Shown: positions 37,494 through 50,492 of the stretch, piece after piece
Numbering within the stretch: position 1 is the first letter of the stretch
How the letters are laid out: each line of letters opens with the position of its first letter
Assembly: GCF_046119375.1 (NCBI RefSeq)
Contig: NW_027362770.1
Span: 99,572,001-99,636,000 of the forward strand
Source of the DNA: Phyllobates terribilis
Lineage: Eukaryota
DNA length: 64,000 nt
Reading direction: 5' to 3'
The notes under the pieces: generated by a model
The model's input: the letters and a program-made list of their open reading frames with translations, nothing else
Told to the model about the DNA's origin: nothing
Database searches by the model: none
Made by a program: the position numbers and the translations under genes

Positions 37494-38649
37494 GTAAGAT
37501 GTTTTAATTTTCTGCTTATAGTATAAAGGTCTGTAATATGTACTTTATGATTTCTAGAGTTATTTTGTCATTCAGTATCAACCATTTTAATAGCTGATTT
37601 TGAAGCTAATCGCTTGCTACTGGAGTTTACGTTCTATAGGGAGAATCTAAAATGTAGTTTTTTGTGTTCTTGAAACCATGTAGAAAAATTGAAAGCCTTA
37701 TCTATACTGGACAAGACTTTTTGTTTCAGCAGGGGGCGACCTAAGCACCATTATTTACCCACTTCTTCTTAAATCTAAAATACACACTGTGTCGATTGAT
37801 AACTCTTCCTTTGTATTTAATTTTCACAACTTTTTTTATGATGCAGTTAGAAAGTTGGGCTACTCTAGAAAATTTATGTTTTTAACCTTTTGAGCATTTC
37901 CTGTTCAAGATTCATATCTTTTGGTAAGAAGGTAAAGCTGATATAAACAACATCTATTCCTCTGGAGGACTTGCACTGCCCTGTATTATGCATATAATGC
38001 ATTGAATTGAATAGACTTGGTGTAAGTTCGGAATTAAACAGTACACATGAAAATAATTAACTTTGTAAAATATCTTAACAGAAAAATCAGCTTTTTTATC
38101 CCTAGGGACTGGGGACTCTCAATTTATGAGTAAAATCGGAATTCAATGTAGACAGATTTTCACGTTACTGAGATGTAATTTGTAAAAGCACCAGCTTTCA
38201 CTTCCTATGAAGAGGCGAGAAGGAGGGAGGAACTAGAGGCAGACAAACACTTTCTACTGAAAGATCTACTGTTACAGTTCTCCATAGAGCTTTATGAGCA
38301 CAAGTGTCATCTCCTATCTCAATAATTGGAAAATCTGTATTCACTGAAGACACATTTTATCTCTGAATTGAGTATTTTGAGAACGAATGGTCAGTCCAAG
38401 TTGAGAAATAAAGGCATTTCTCTAATATGCTATATTGCAAAGTTTCTTCTTTTCATGTGTACTACAGATTTATGGGAAAATAATTAGACAATGGTTATTT
38501 TTTAATGCTATTTATGGTACAGGAAAGCTTACCCTTCACAGCTAGCATTCCTTTTAGGTTATAGGTAATTTCTTAAGGTCCCAACAGAGGGACAATTTGT
38601 GTTCTGTTTACTGGGAAGGAACCATCAAGAAATCAGTAATTGTTAAAAG

Positions 38650-39806
38650 TGGAAAGAACACCAGGTCACCCTGACTCAGGCGTCCTGAAGCATGGAATAG
38701 CGAGGAACCACTCGTTGTGCAAATTCAATTAAAAAAAGGGGGAATCATAGAATCATAGAATGGTAGAGTTGGAAGGGACCTCCTGGGTCATCTGGTCCAA
38801 CCCCCTGCTCAACGCAGGATTCACTAAATCATCTCAGACAGATGTCTGTCCAGCCTCTGTTTGAAGACGTCCATTGAAGGGGAACTCACCACCTCTCGTG
38901 GCAGCCTGTTCCACTCATTAATCACCCTAACTGTCAAAAAGTTTTTTCTAATATCTAATCTGTGTCTCCTCCCATTTAGTTTCATCCCATTGCTTCTAGT
39001 CTTTCCTTGTGCAAATGAGAATAAAGATGATCCTTCTACAATGTGACAGCCCTTGACATATTTGTAGACAGCTATTAAATCTCCTCTCAGTCTTCTTTTT
39101 TGCAAGCTAAACATTCCCAAATCCTGCAACCGTTCCTCATAGGACATGGTTTGCAGACCAGTCACCATTCTGGTCGCTCTTCTCTGAACTTGCTCCAGTT
39201 TGTCTATGTCTTTTTTAAAATGTGGTGCCCAAAACTGTACACAGTATTCCAGATGAGGTCTGACCAAAGAGGAGTAAAGACCGATAATGACTTCACGTGA
39301 TCTAGACTGTATGCTTCTGTTAATACATCCCAGAATTGTATTTGCCTTTTTTGCTGCTGCATCACACTGTTGACTCATGTTCAGTCTATGATCTATTAGT
39401 ATACCTAAGTCTTTTTCACATGTACTGTTGCTTAGCTCTATTCCTCCCATTCTGTATATGCTTTTTTCATTTTTATTGCCCAGATGTAGTACTTTGCATT
39501 TTTCCCTGTTAAAAACCATTCTGTTGGTTGCTGCCCACTGCTCCAGTTTATTTAGGTCTTTTTGAATCCTCTCTCTCTCTCTTCTCTAGTATTAGCTATC
39601 CCTCCTAGCTTTGTGTCATCAGCAAATTTAATCAGTTTACCCTCAATTCCTTCATCTAAATCATTTCTCAGAGCTGTGAGAAAGAACGCAGGTTGGAGCA
39701 TTCGAAACGCGTTGCTATTCCTGTTACGACTATGGAAACTGATTTTATGGACAAAAGTTCTGTTTGCTGTACCTAAAAAGCTGGAACCCTCCCCTTTTTT
39801 TACTTG
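38650..39806. mobile_element. Short Penelope-like insertion hosting a CR1
   Basis: 12-bp direct repeat AATTGTTAAAAG flanks it (38638-38649, 39807-39818); inverted CAATT..AAAAAAAGGGG segments; GAAACGCGTTG motif. The family call is inference. Confidence 0.55.
38743..39664 (-). mobile_element. 5'-truncated CR1 LINE
   Basis: KFADDTKL, FNREKCKVLHLG, RPHLEYCVQFW and RRLRGDLI motifs; 8-bp tail repeat (TTCTATGA)n at 38743-38760. Confidence 0.95.
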
Positions 39807-41529
39807 AATTGTTAAAAGCAGACTACTTGAAAAATGGATATGGACATGGTTGCCCACTCCAGGACTGCAGCTTAAATAACAACTGTTAGGCCAAGTTTCA
39901 ATTTAGTGCTGTAATTATAAATCTCATGCTGCAAAAATACTACATCGATCTATAAAGTGATATCTACCGGTATAGTGTATTACAAAATGACATAATCAGG
40001 ATGAATTAACATGATGTGGATTTAAAATGCAAAGTATTCGGCAATTTACACAGCATATATTGCACGAAGTTTCCTAAAATCCTATATGGACTTTTCAACT
40101 CTATTACATTGACATAGTTTTCTTTTAGTTTGTGATTGGGGAAAATCTAATAAATTAAAGAGAACTTTGCCCTAGATTAAAAAAAAATTGGTTGTTTCCT
40201 ATGGACAATTGATTTATTGATTACTCTTAAGGCTTCTTGTGGATCTTTTTTTAGATGGAATATTCTACATCTGAGATATATGAGAAACTTACATGCTTTA
40301 TTATGTGGTTAAAAGTCTAAAGTACAATATCAATGTGCAAGATTTTGACTAGAATACTAAAGGTAAAATTGTAAAATTCCAATCTCCATAAAATGTAGAA
40401 TTGTAATATGTCCTAGATAGAAAAATAGATATTTTTAAAAAATGGCTTACATTTACTAATATAATCGTAATATGTTGTAGAATTTGGAGGTTTTCAATTT
40501 TCGTCCTTACTATTGTATTACTTTTTGTACGTCATACATTCTGTGATCATAATTCACTAAAACTGTCTAATAAAAAGTATCCGTTTTACCTTCAGAAAAA
40601 AATATTATTATTTTATCTATTGTATCAGCAGTTATTATTCCAAAGAAGTTTTAGAAATGGAATCTGAGCTCTGATTGGTTTTTATAAGTTACAACAGATT
40701 TCCTGGCAATACTTTTTATACATAAATCCCTCTGTGCTTAGATAAAGTGTGTTGTGTATTTAAATGAGGTTTTCCAAGACTATGATGTCCTAAACCAAGA
40801 GTTTGAGAAAGTACTGGAGTTGAAAAAAGATATATAAAAGGTAACTAAACTAATTGGGATCAAGGAGAATCTTAGTTATGAGCAAAGAAGAAAATGAAAT
40901 TCATTATTAAGACAATGGGGCGCTGTCTCTTCTGGTGAATATTAAAGTTCAATCTCTAGAATAACATTCTTTTTTGCCAGTGCATCTTTGAATCTGTAGA
41001 AAATCCTACAGTAATACAGGAGCCGATCATAATAGAAACAGTTGATTGTTTGAGAAATGGTTTTGTTTTCTGAAATACATACTTATAAAAATCTAAAAAA
41101 TCCTTAAAGATACATATCATCAGAAACATTCAACAGGTGCCTTGAAGAATGTCATTTGTCAGTCCTCCATCATGTACAGGCAAACTTGTTTTCAAAGATG
41201 TTGACATAACAGTAACAGCTGCAGGCTTATGCCTTGGATACTGTGTTGAGCAGATAGGGAATGGCAATCTGTTAATTGTTATAGTTTGTTAATAGTGTAC
41301 TGTGTGAGCTCTGTGTGTACTGTGTGAGCTCTTTGTGTTCTGTGTGAGCTCTTTGGTTTGTTTGTGTCAGTTTTCTCCTGTAATCCTCCATGTTGAGATA
41401 TAATAGTTAGCTGCTGTATGTCTTTATTAGCTGCTGTATGTCTCAAGTAAATTAGTTAATTTTCCCAAAATATGGGATATAAATGCTAAATGATACTACT
41501 GAAAGGCGAAGTCAGCAACAAAATATATA

Positions 41530-41915
41530 CGCAGAAGATCACGGGATACACTAGCCTATGATCTTCTGCGCAGGCGCCGGTGAGTCACATAGACTCGTGG
41601 GAAGGAGAGAGGGAGGGAGGATCATAGAGGGATTTCAACACTCAGGCATGAGATTACAGCCCTGCAACAGGACACTGTGACGTACAGGGGAGGGGGGTAC
41701 TAAGATAATAAAGAGAGGAGGTGGGAATTTCTTTTGGGCATGGGACCTGGAGCAATCATTACCATATAGTCATAATATAAGATTTCAAAACAGCAAAACT
41801 ATTAATATGAGGCATACAGGTATGAATAGATTTACATTTCTACATTTCTATCACCTGTATGCTCATATGACCATATTAATAGGTTAGTTACGTCTCAGGA
41901 TGTGACAGATTCCCT
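41530..41915. mobile_element. Partial TTAA-type (T2/Kolobok-like) MITE, right end
   Basis: Ends GACAGATTCCCT followed by TTAA; absent from the paralog near 34030. Confidence 0.55.
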
Positions 41916-42231
41916 TTAACAGCTGTAAATCATGCCACTAGATACTTTTCTATTCCCTGGATGAAATTGATAAACATAAGTCATTTTTTATGTGAATATG
42001 TAACTACACTTATCCTCTTTTTAAGCCTGTGTAGTTATATTCTTTTTTTAAATAAGTCAATTTTCTTGAATGCTTTTAATGGCTGTTATTCCTACTTTAT
42101 AAAAAACTGAATATAATAACAGTTTAATAATAAACTACAAAATCAAACAGTGAATGTTTTGTTTTTAGAATATAAACCGCAATTGAAATTAAATATCTAT
42201 ACTGTATGAAGACATTGCAATTCTGTAATTT

Positions 42232-42256
42232 CACCTCTGAGCGCCGCTGTTTAACC
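42232..42256 (+). promoter_or_regulatory. CSE for V5
   Basis: Identical 25-bp CSE. Confidence 0.9.
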
Positions 42257-42481
42257 AGAAAATGGAAAATTGCAGAACTAAAAATCCACTGGTATTTTCC
42301 TTTGTCACTCACATTGCTGATCTGCAGAAAGAACCACAGACATTTTCTGGATTCTCCTGGACACAGAGCTAAGGATACAATTTGAAAAGGCAATTACAGT
42401 ATCTTGTACATTGTTCTGTTTAACATTTGCATTTGATGATAAAGCCTTACTGGATATTTTTTGGAAAATTATCCCCTGAGG

Positions 42482-44902
42482 ATGGACAGAATGAAATCTC
42501 CTATACAGGGCTGCACAGGAATCAGATGGCAAGTAACATATGTCTTATTTTTTTATCTTTATTACTCAGTCTCTGGTCAGGTTCATTATTCCATTGTGGA
42601 AGAAATGAGGAAAGACTCTGTTATAGCAAATATTGCAGATGACCTTGGATTAGATATTAATCAGCTCTCATCTAGAAAACTGAGGATTGTGTCCAGATCA
42701 GCAGAGAGATATTTCTATGTAAATCCTAACAATGGAAACCTGTATATAAAGGACAGGATAGACAGAGAGACATTGTGTGGGAGAGAGACTTCATGTGTCT
42801 TAACCTTTGATGCTGTTGTTGAAAATCCTTTTAATAATTTTAAGATCAAGGTTGACATTCAGGATATTAATGATAATGTTCCTCAATTCTATCATAATAC
42901 TATTACATTGGAAATAATTGAATTGACATCACCAGGAGCAAGATTTGCTTTACAAAGTGCAGAAGATCCAGATTTTGGTAGTAATTCAGTGCAGACATAC
43001 AAGCTCAGTGATAATCAGTATTTTACAGTCACTGAGAATATCAGAACAGATGGGAGTAAATATCCAGAGCTTGTCCTAGAGAAACCATTAGATAGAGAGA
43101 AAAAAGACATTCATAGACTAATACTAACAGCCTCGGATGGAGGAAATCCTATCAGGTCTGGAACAACATTACTAAAAGTTATCGTTATAGATGCCAATGA
43201 CAATGCTCCTATATTTATGCAAAATTTGCATAAAGTCAACTTAAAGGAAAACATCCCAGTTAATTCTACAGTGATTATGTTAAATGCTACAGACAATGAT
43301 GAAGGGGTCAATGCGCAGATCACATATTCTTTTATTAAAACATCTGGAAACATCCATCACACAGGAATATTTAGTATTAACCCAAAAACTGGTGAAATCA
43401 AGATCAATGGAAACTTGGATTTTGAAGTAACAAGCAATTATGAATTGTCTGTACAAGCCAAGGATGGAGGAGGCCTTGTAGCTCATTGTAAGGTTCTGGT
43501 GGAAGTCATAGATGTAAATGACAATGCTCCTGAGATATCCATCACCTCATTATCTTCTCCTATTCCTGAGGACTCTGCCCCTGGAACAATGATCGCTCTG
43601 ATTGAGGTTCATGACCAAGATTCTGGAGATAACGCAGATGTTAACTGCCAAATTCTTGAAGAAGTTCCTTTTAATTTATTATCATCAAACACTTACTATA
43701 GACTTGTTTTAAGTTCTGCTATAGACAGAGAGAAAACATATTTTTACAATATCTCCATTATAGCAACAGATAGAGGATCTCCACCTCTTTCCAGTACACA
43801 AGTTCTCACATTGGATATATCAGATGTCAATGACAACCCACCAATATTTTCTAAATCTAATAATGTGGCTTATGTGCCAGAGAACAATTTACCAGGGGCA
43901 TCAATATTCAGCATACAAGCCTCAGATCCTGACACTGGAGACAATGCAAAAATAATTTACTTAATTTCCAGTGCCATTGCAGAAACTCCATCAATGACAT
44001 CTTATCTCTCCATCAATATAGAGACGGGAGTTCTCTATGCTCAAAGATCATTTGATTATGAGCAGAACAAGGAGTTTATAATAGAAGTCACAGCCTCAGA
44101 CAATGGATCCCCCTCTCTGAGCAGCAATGTTACATTATTTATCCATATAGTAGACCAGAATGATAATGCACCAAAGATCTTATACCCATCACCAGATAAT
44201 GGTGGGTCAGCTGTGTTTGAGATGGTGCCTTTTGTTTCTGAGCCTGGTTCTTTAATAACTAAAGTAGTAGCTGTGGATGCAGACTCTGGACATAATTCCT
44301 GGCTCTCTTATCATTTTATACCAATGTCAGACCAAAATCATTTTGTGATAAGTGAGTACACAGGTGAGATCAGAACATCACGTATCTTTCAAGAAAAGGA
44401 CATGTTGAATTACAAGATTGTGGTGATGGTGAAGGACAATGGACATCCCACTCTCTCTGCTACAACCACCTTAAGTCTTGTTATTGCAGATGACTTTCAG
44501 CAGGTTGTTCCTAAGCTCAGCAACAAACTGAAAGATGAGGAAACTCAAAGCAACTTACAATTCTACTTAGTGGTTGGACTTGCATTAATTTCTTTGCTCT
44601 TTATAATAACTGTGATGGTGGCGATTATATCCAAATGTAAGCAGCCAAAACCATTACCAGCCTTCTCTTCTCTCACTACAAATCTATATCCTCCAATTGA
44701 TCCCAGGACCTTCTCCATGTATAGTGATGGATCGTTACCTTTACCATACTCATATAATATGTGTGTGGCACTAGATCCTACTGAAGGTGACTTTACTTAC
44801 ATGAATCCAAGTGGAAATGTTCCTGTGGAAAACCTGATTGATGCTGATAATACAGAACAAGGAACTGAAAATTTTGAAGAAGCTTCTCCAAGTGTTGAAA
44901 AG
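42482..44902 (+). CDS. PCDHG: Protocadherin gamma variable exon V5
   Basis: Intact ORF from ATG 42482 (the ORF track starts at a TTG); weak donor AAG|GTATTA at 44902/44903. Confidence 0.93.
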
Positions 44903-45472
44903 GTATTATTTTAGATCTTTATATTCACTTGGGAGACTCTTTAATATATATACCTTATGCCTTTCAAATTAAGGTGTAATCATATCATTCTTATTATTTG
45001 TTCTTAAAAACCATACACAAATTTTTGCCTACTTTAACTTATTAAAACAAAACAAGCAAGTAGATAACTGTCCCTCACCAAATTTCTTCAATAAATATGA
45101 CTCTCTAAATATCCAATATGTATCAAGCTAAGTGTAAGAAATGGTTAATCTTGAAACATAACTTTTAGCCATTCTAATAGGTGCTTATCCCAAAGCCAAC
45201 ACTTTGGTGTGTTAGTCTATTAGCTTCCCATACTTACGTTTGTACACTAGGCTTCCCTGAATAACCCTAGTCGATGAAACACATTGGATGACACATAGGG
45301 AAATTTTATGGCAGTCTATATGAAGGAATAGCTGTGTACTACCCTTGTTAGTTCAGTAGTCATTGTGTACCCTAGAATCCAAGGGCCTGACAGTATCTAC
45401 AGTAGGGCATTTTGTATGTGCTGCCTTGATCTGAAATGGAAACCCCAAGACTTTCATGTGGTAGGTGAGAAC

Positions 45473-46145
45473 TAGAGATGAATGGAACTGAATTCTACTC
45501 AAATTTTTCAGAATCCACATTTGCCATAATGCAGATTTTTTGTAATTCACTTCTGCGCAGATTCAGCAAAATAGTGGCTGCTGGACGACATTTTTCTGAA
45601 CTGTAAACTGCCATGAAAAGGTTAAAAAAAATTAAAAATACCTATACTCACCTTACAGCTCAACTCTTCAACCCATCTGCTACTCACCACCACCCATCTG
45701 ATCCTCGCCGTATTTTATGATTTTTCGCCATTGGACCGGAAATCTCCGGGCCACTCAAGATGAGCTGGAACTTCCGGCTTTCATGAGGCCTGGGAGGGCT
45801 GTTTGGCTGCACAGGGAAGGTCATGATGCACATCATGAGCTGTAGCCTTCTGTGTGCTTGCAATGAGGATTCCAGCAGCCGGGATGCCAGCACGTGTGTT
45901 TAAAAATCAGAAGATGCTACGAGGACACGACGGGTGTCGGTGAGTAGCTAAGGGGCTGGAAAGGTAAGGTTACTATAAGGATTTTTTTTTACTTATTACA
46001 TTTGTTATGCTCTGGCATCTGGAGATTCCCCATAGCATAATAAGGGACATCACATTTGTGGAGAATAACTTTTCCGCAACACAAATTTCTAAGGAAAAAA
46101 GTGCAAACAGAAAAATTCTAATTTTGCCTGATCCGCTCGTCTCTA
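45473..46145. mobile_element. Non-autonomous hAT element (673 bp)
   Basis: TAGAGATGA...GCTCGTCTCTA TIRs; 8-bp TSD GTGAGAAC/GTGAGAAT. Confidence 0.85.
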
Positions 46146-48339
46146 GTGAGAATGTTCTTTCCCTTCTCTCTTTTGTATCTACTACTGATTAATACCTGAA
46201 CAATAGTCTTTTTTTCTATGCATTAGCAATTTGAGAAGGAACATGCAACATTTTATAGTACATTTGGGACAATCAGATATTGTTACATATTTTAGATGTG
46301 GAACTATGCAATGTGTATTATATATTTTTAATTTGCCAGGGACATGTATGTACCTCAAAGTTTATTTCTTGCATGTGAATACAATGGGTGGGGTCTGACC
46401 ATTATAAGCACTACCAAAACACTTCCAATTGGAAGCTCACCCTTCCTAACCACAAGTAGAAATGATGAAGATTAACAGGATAGGGCTGACCCAGTAGTGT
46501 ACATGAAAGTGCTTCATTGTTTCCAGGGCCTAACATGCTAAATGATTCCTATAATAACAGGGCTCCAAACTTCTAATACTTGGCATTTGCATTTAGAATT
46601 TTCTCTTAGTCACTTGCAACTAAATCTTAGGATTCGAGTTATAAATATTTATAGTTTAGAAATATTTCTCCTACAGATGATATGGACTATTTATTCAATG
46701 ATAATACTACTAGAGATTGTGAGGCGATTTTAAAATGGCCATACAAATAATTCTGAAAGACGTCTGATGGTGGAGTTTATATGCAGAAGGAGGTTTTCCT
46801 CTTTCGTTAATGGGATATAATTCATTTATTTAAACAATTGTTACCATAGCTACACTATTGTACAGGGTACATGTGTATATTTGGTCATTTTTCCAATTAA
46901 TAGGAATTTTTTACAATCTTTTCCCTTTCTTTTCAGTGGAATGTCTATAGAGGTTATAGAATATTTTTGAGTATTATTTTGTTCATTTCTTTTTCTTTTA
47001 ATTGTATTAAGTACTATAGCCCCGATTCAGCATGGCGATTACACCAGAATTCAAGTGTAAATCCCTTTGAAAGATTGCAAATTTTTTGAGCAACGTGGAG
47101 TTGCACAAAAATGTAACAATTTTTGCTGCTTTCATGTAAATTTTGCTCAGCTTCGCCAAAATGGGTGGAGCCGTGTTCGTACAAGGTGGATTGCTGTGTA
47201 GCTTAATGATGAGCTGTAGCATACTTTAACCTAAAAATCTTACACCCAGCCATGACTGGAGTAAGATGTGTAGGGAGGTGCACAGAGTGAATCAGGAGCA
47301 TCTGACTCCAACACGCCCCCTCATCAAGACTGGTGTGAACATCACCGGTCATTATCTTGATGAAGTGGGACTTATGTGTTCTATTGATTGGATACAAAAC
47401 CCTCAGTAGGCAGATATTAGTACAATAACTGAACTCATCTATTTTTTATCCAGATTTTTCAATGTAGATAGATTTACGCTTATAGGAACAGCCTTTAAAA
47501 TTTAATATAATTTTCTTAAAATCTTTAAAGATACAGTTTTGTGTATTATATCACATAATATTCTACACTTTGAAGTCCAAAAATGTTTGAACAAAACATT
47601 TCTGAGGGGCTGGCACGAAGCACTAACTCAATCTGTGAGATATACTCATGCTACTTACAGACAACATAAATTGTACTATGCAACACTTAAGTTAGTATTG
47701 TATTTACCTGTTTTGAATTGATATCTCATCTTATTAATGATAGAACTGAACATAGAAGTAGTTTAGCTAGATCTTCTCTTATTGGAAATAAAATAATATT
47801 GGTTTCCAAAACAAGATGAAAATAATTATTTCAATCTTTGACATTACTTACTTGCTTAACCAAGTTCAAAAGTTAGAGAAAAAAATGATCTGGTCTAATA
47901 AATCATATTAACAATATTGTAAATATCTGTTTCCAATATGAGAACAAAGGTAAGAAAAAAATGAATAAAATACTTTTGATTGTTTACAGCTAAACGAAAA
48001 AGATTATGAGTCTTTTAACCAATCATATATGTATGGCTCAATCTGTCTGCTAAATGCTTACTTTTTTTAAATGCTTATTTTTTTGCTTAAAAAAGTGACA
48101 TTCCAACTTTACAGTGTACTAGCTATGTACCGTGATTTTTCTATATTCCCTAAAGAACGCTGTAAGGAAATGTTCTATCTTTAACATATATAATAATGAA
48201 CAAATTAAGAATCTCAGATAAATACAATAACTCATATACAGTAAGAAATTTTGGATGGTAAAAATAGAATACATTAGCTAGACAGTGTTTTGAACTTTAC
48301 TGAGGCCCTCAGTAATCTTTATCACCATTCAAGACCATA

Positions 48340-48432
48340 CTGATAGGGAATTTAGATTATGAGCCCCAATGGAGATAGTGATGATAATGTCTGTAAAGCG
48401 CTTCAGGATATTAAAGATCTATATTTATAAGT
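48340..48432 (+). mobile_element. Decayed L2-type 3' tail
   Basis: GATAGGGAATTTAGATTATGAGCCCC...GTCTGTAAAGCGCT resembles the L2 tail near 23480. Confidence 0.55.
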
Positions 48433-49403
48433 AAAATTAAGTAGACAAATACATTTATGAGATGCAATTCACTCCTCACATGCTTTTATCTACTATATAA
48501 ATATTTTAGTAGTCCATGTCTACCACCGGTACCTTTACAGCAAGAAGGGTAGCATGGCTAGTGGTGTTCAGGTCTGCAATCCTACAGATTGCCTAAAAAA
48601 TGATACTTATATTTTCAAAGATCATTGGCTTCAGAACTTAGCAACATGTCATTATCCAAAACTAAAACTGACCAAGTCCTATGTTCCTTACTAGCTTTAT
48701 TCCTTCCTTCAGTGTAGTGACGTCTTGCCTAGAACATTTGATATGTAGCTAGTTGCCATGTAGCTCATTCTTATCCGAGATTTTGCCAAAACATGCAGTA
48801 CTAAAATATCTGCCATTCATGAATTTATTTAGTTTGATCATTGGCGTCTTGTTTCCATTGAAAAAAAAAAATCAAATTTCAGCTTTGCCACCACAAAACC
48901 CTTAATGAGGCCATGACAATTCCTTTTAATGCTTGACTGGACATCCGATTAGACTACCCACACTTACACTTTTGAGCGCAGGTTGTGTACTTTATTTCTT
49001 GCTGCTAGACACTCTTTTTCAGTTTTCATATAACCATTGTTAGGGGACCTGACCCTTCATCTTGGTGAGCTCAATAGTTATCCTCACAATACTAACTCGA
49101 GGGTAGGAAGGATATATGGCTTCTGTTTAGAGATACTTCTTTAGATACTTTCTAAATAATAGTTTCATTATCCTAATCTTTCATCCTTTTAAACATGGAA
49201 TTTTATCTAGAATTTAGGAATCTTAAACACTTCAATTTATTATTTTATTCTAGGTTTCTACAACAGTTTTCTGATATGTTCACTGGTTCAAATGATTCTC
49301 TGGGAATTGAAAAACTAAACAACTAAAGGAAATTTAAATATAAATATATTCCTAAATACATTTAATTAGCAAATCAAAATTGTTTTGTTTAGGGAAGTAT
49401 GGA

Positions 49404-49725
49404 CTGTAGAATCAAATTGGCCTCCACAATGTTCTCTGGGAGAAACCTGTCCTAGAATGTTAAGACAGGAACCTATGAGCATGTGTAGTAGGAAGTTTCG
49501 CCTTCCTTCATATGTAGGACACTACAATACTATTGGGTATTCCAGAGACGCTAAGATAAGAAGAGGCCGCTAGCACTTCTACCCTGTCTTTCTGAATAAC
49601 AATATAAGTATCTCCAGGTCATGGCAGTGAAGCTTCCTACTGGACGTGCTAATAGGCTCCTGTCCTTATATTCTAAGACCGGTTTCTGTCAGTGTATCAA
49701 GGTGATGGCCATTTTAATTCTATAG
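49404..49725. repeat. Foldback MITE with about 95-bp inverted arms
   Basis: CTGTAGAATCAAATTGGCC...GTAGGAAG is inverted as CTTCCTAC...GGCCATTTTAATTCTATAG. Confidence 0.65.
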
Positions 49726-50233
49726 TGATTACCTCTCTAGACAATTAGCTGATTAAATCTATTTAGGAATTTTTTATAATGACATTTCCTTCAGTTATTT
49801 ATTTTTTTCTACTCCCAGAGAACCCCTTTAAAGATATCTATTTTCAATAATTGGAGCACTTTGTTGTTTAATTGCTTTTACTTCTGCATATCCTTTCAAT
49901 CTGTAGGTTATGCTATTTCTCCTAATAACCTGAAAGCTGCAATATCTTATTTAGCGCTTTTAAATGTGTATAGCAAAATTTGTCTTGTATTTCCTGCTTT
50001 CTATATGTTAATATAATATTAGTTTCATTATTATTATTGAAAAAGGCAAAAAAGAAAAATATATGTCTTTGTGGTAACAAATTCTTAAAACTGTTTAATA
50101 GTTGGTGTGTATATGAAAATTGGACATGGTAACATACAGCAAATTAAAAATATGCTTGAGAATATCAGTATTCTAAGAATTTAGGGTTTATACTTAGAAA
50201 ATAATCTTTTTGAACATTGCAATTCTGTATTTT

Positions 50234-50258
50234 CACCTCTGAGCGCCGCTGTTTAACC
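50234..50258 (+). promoter_or_regulatory. CSE for V6
   Basis: Identical 25-bp CSE. Confidence 0.9.
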
Positions 50259-50492
50259 ACTAAAAAGAAAAATGCAGAACTGAAAATCCACTGGTATTTT
50301 CCTTTGTCACATTCATTGCTGATCTGCAGAAAAAAACACACAAAACAGACATTTTCTGGATTCTCCTGGACTCAGCTAAGGATTTAATTTAAAAATAGAA
50401 TTAAACATATCTTGGACATTTTTCTGTTGAAGATTTACATTGGATGATAAAGTCTTACTGTACATTTTATGGAGAATAAATAATCATTGAGG

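Noticed and set aside
45262-45295. CTGAATAA...GAAACACATT hammerhead-like string
   Set aside because: Core too degenerate and no convincing stems.
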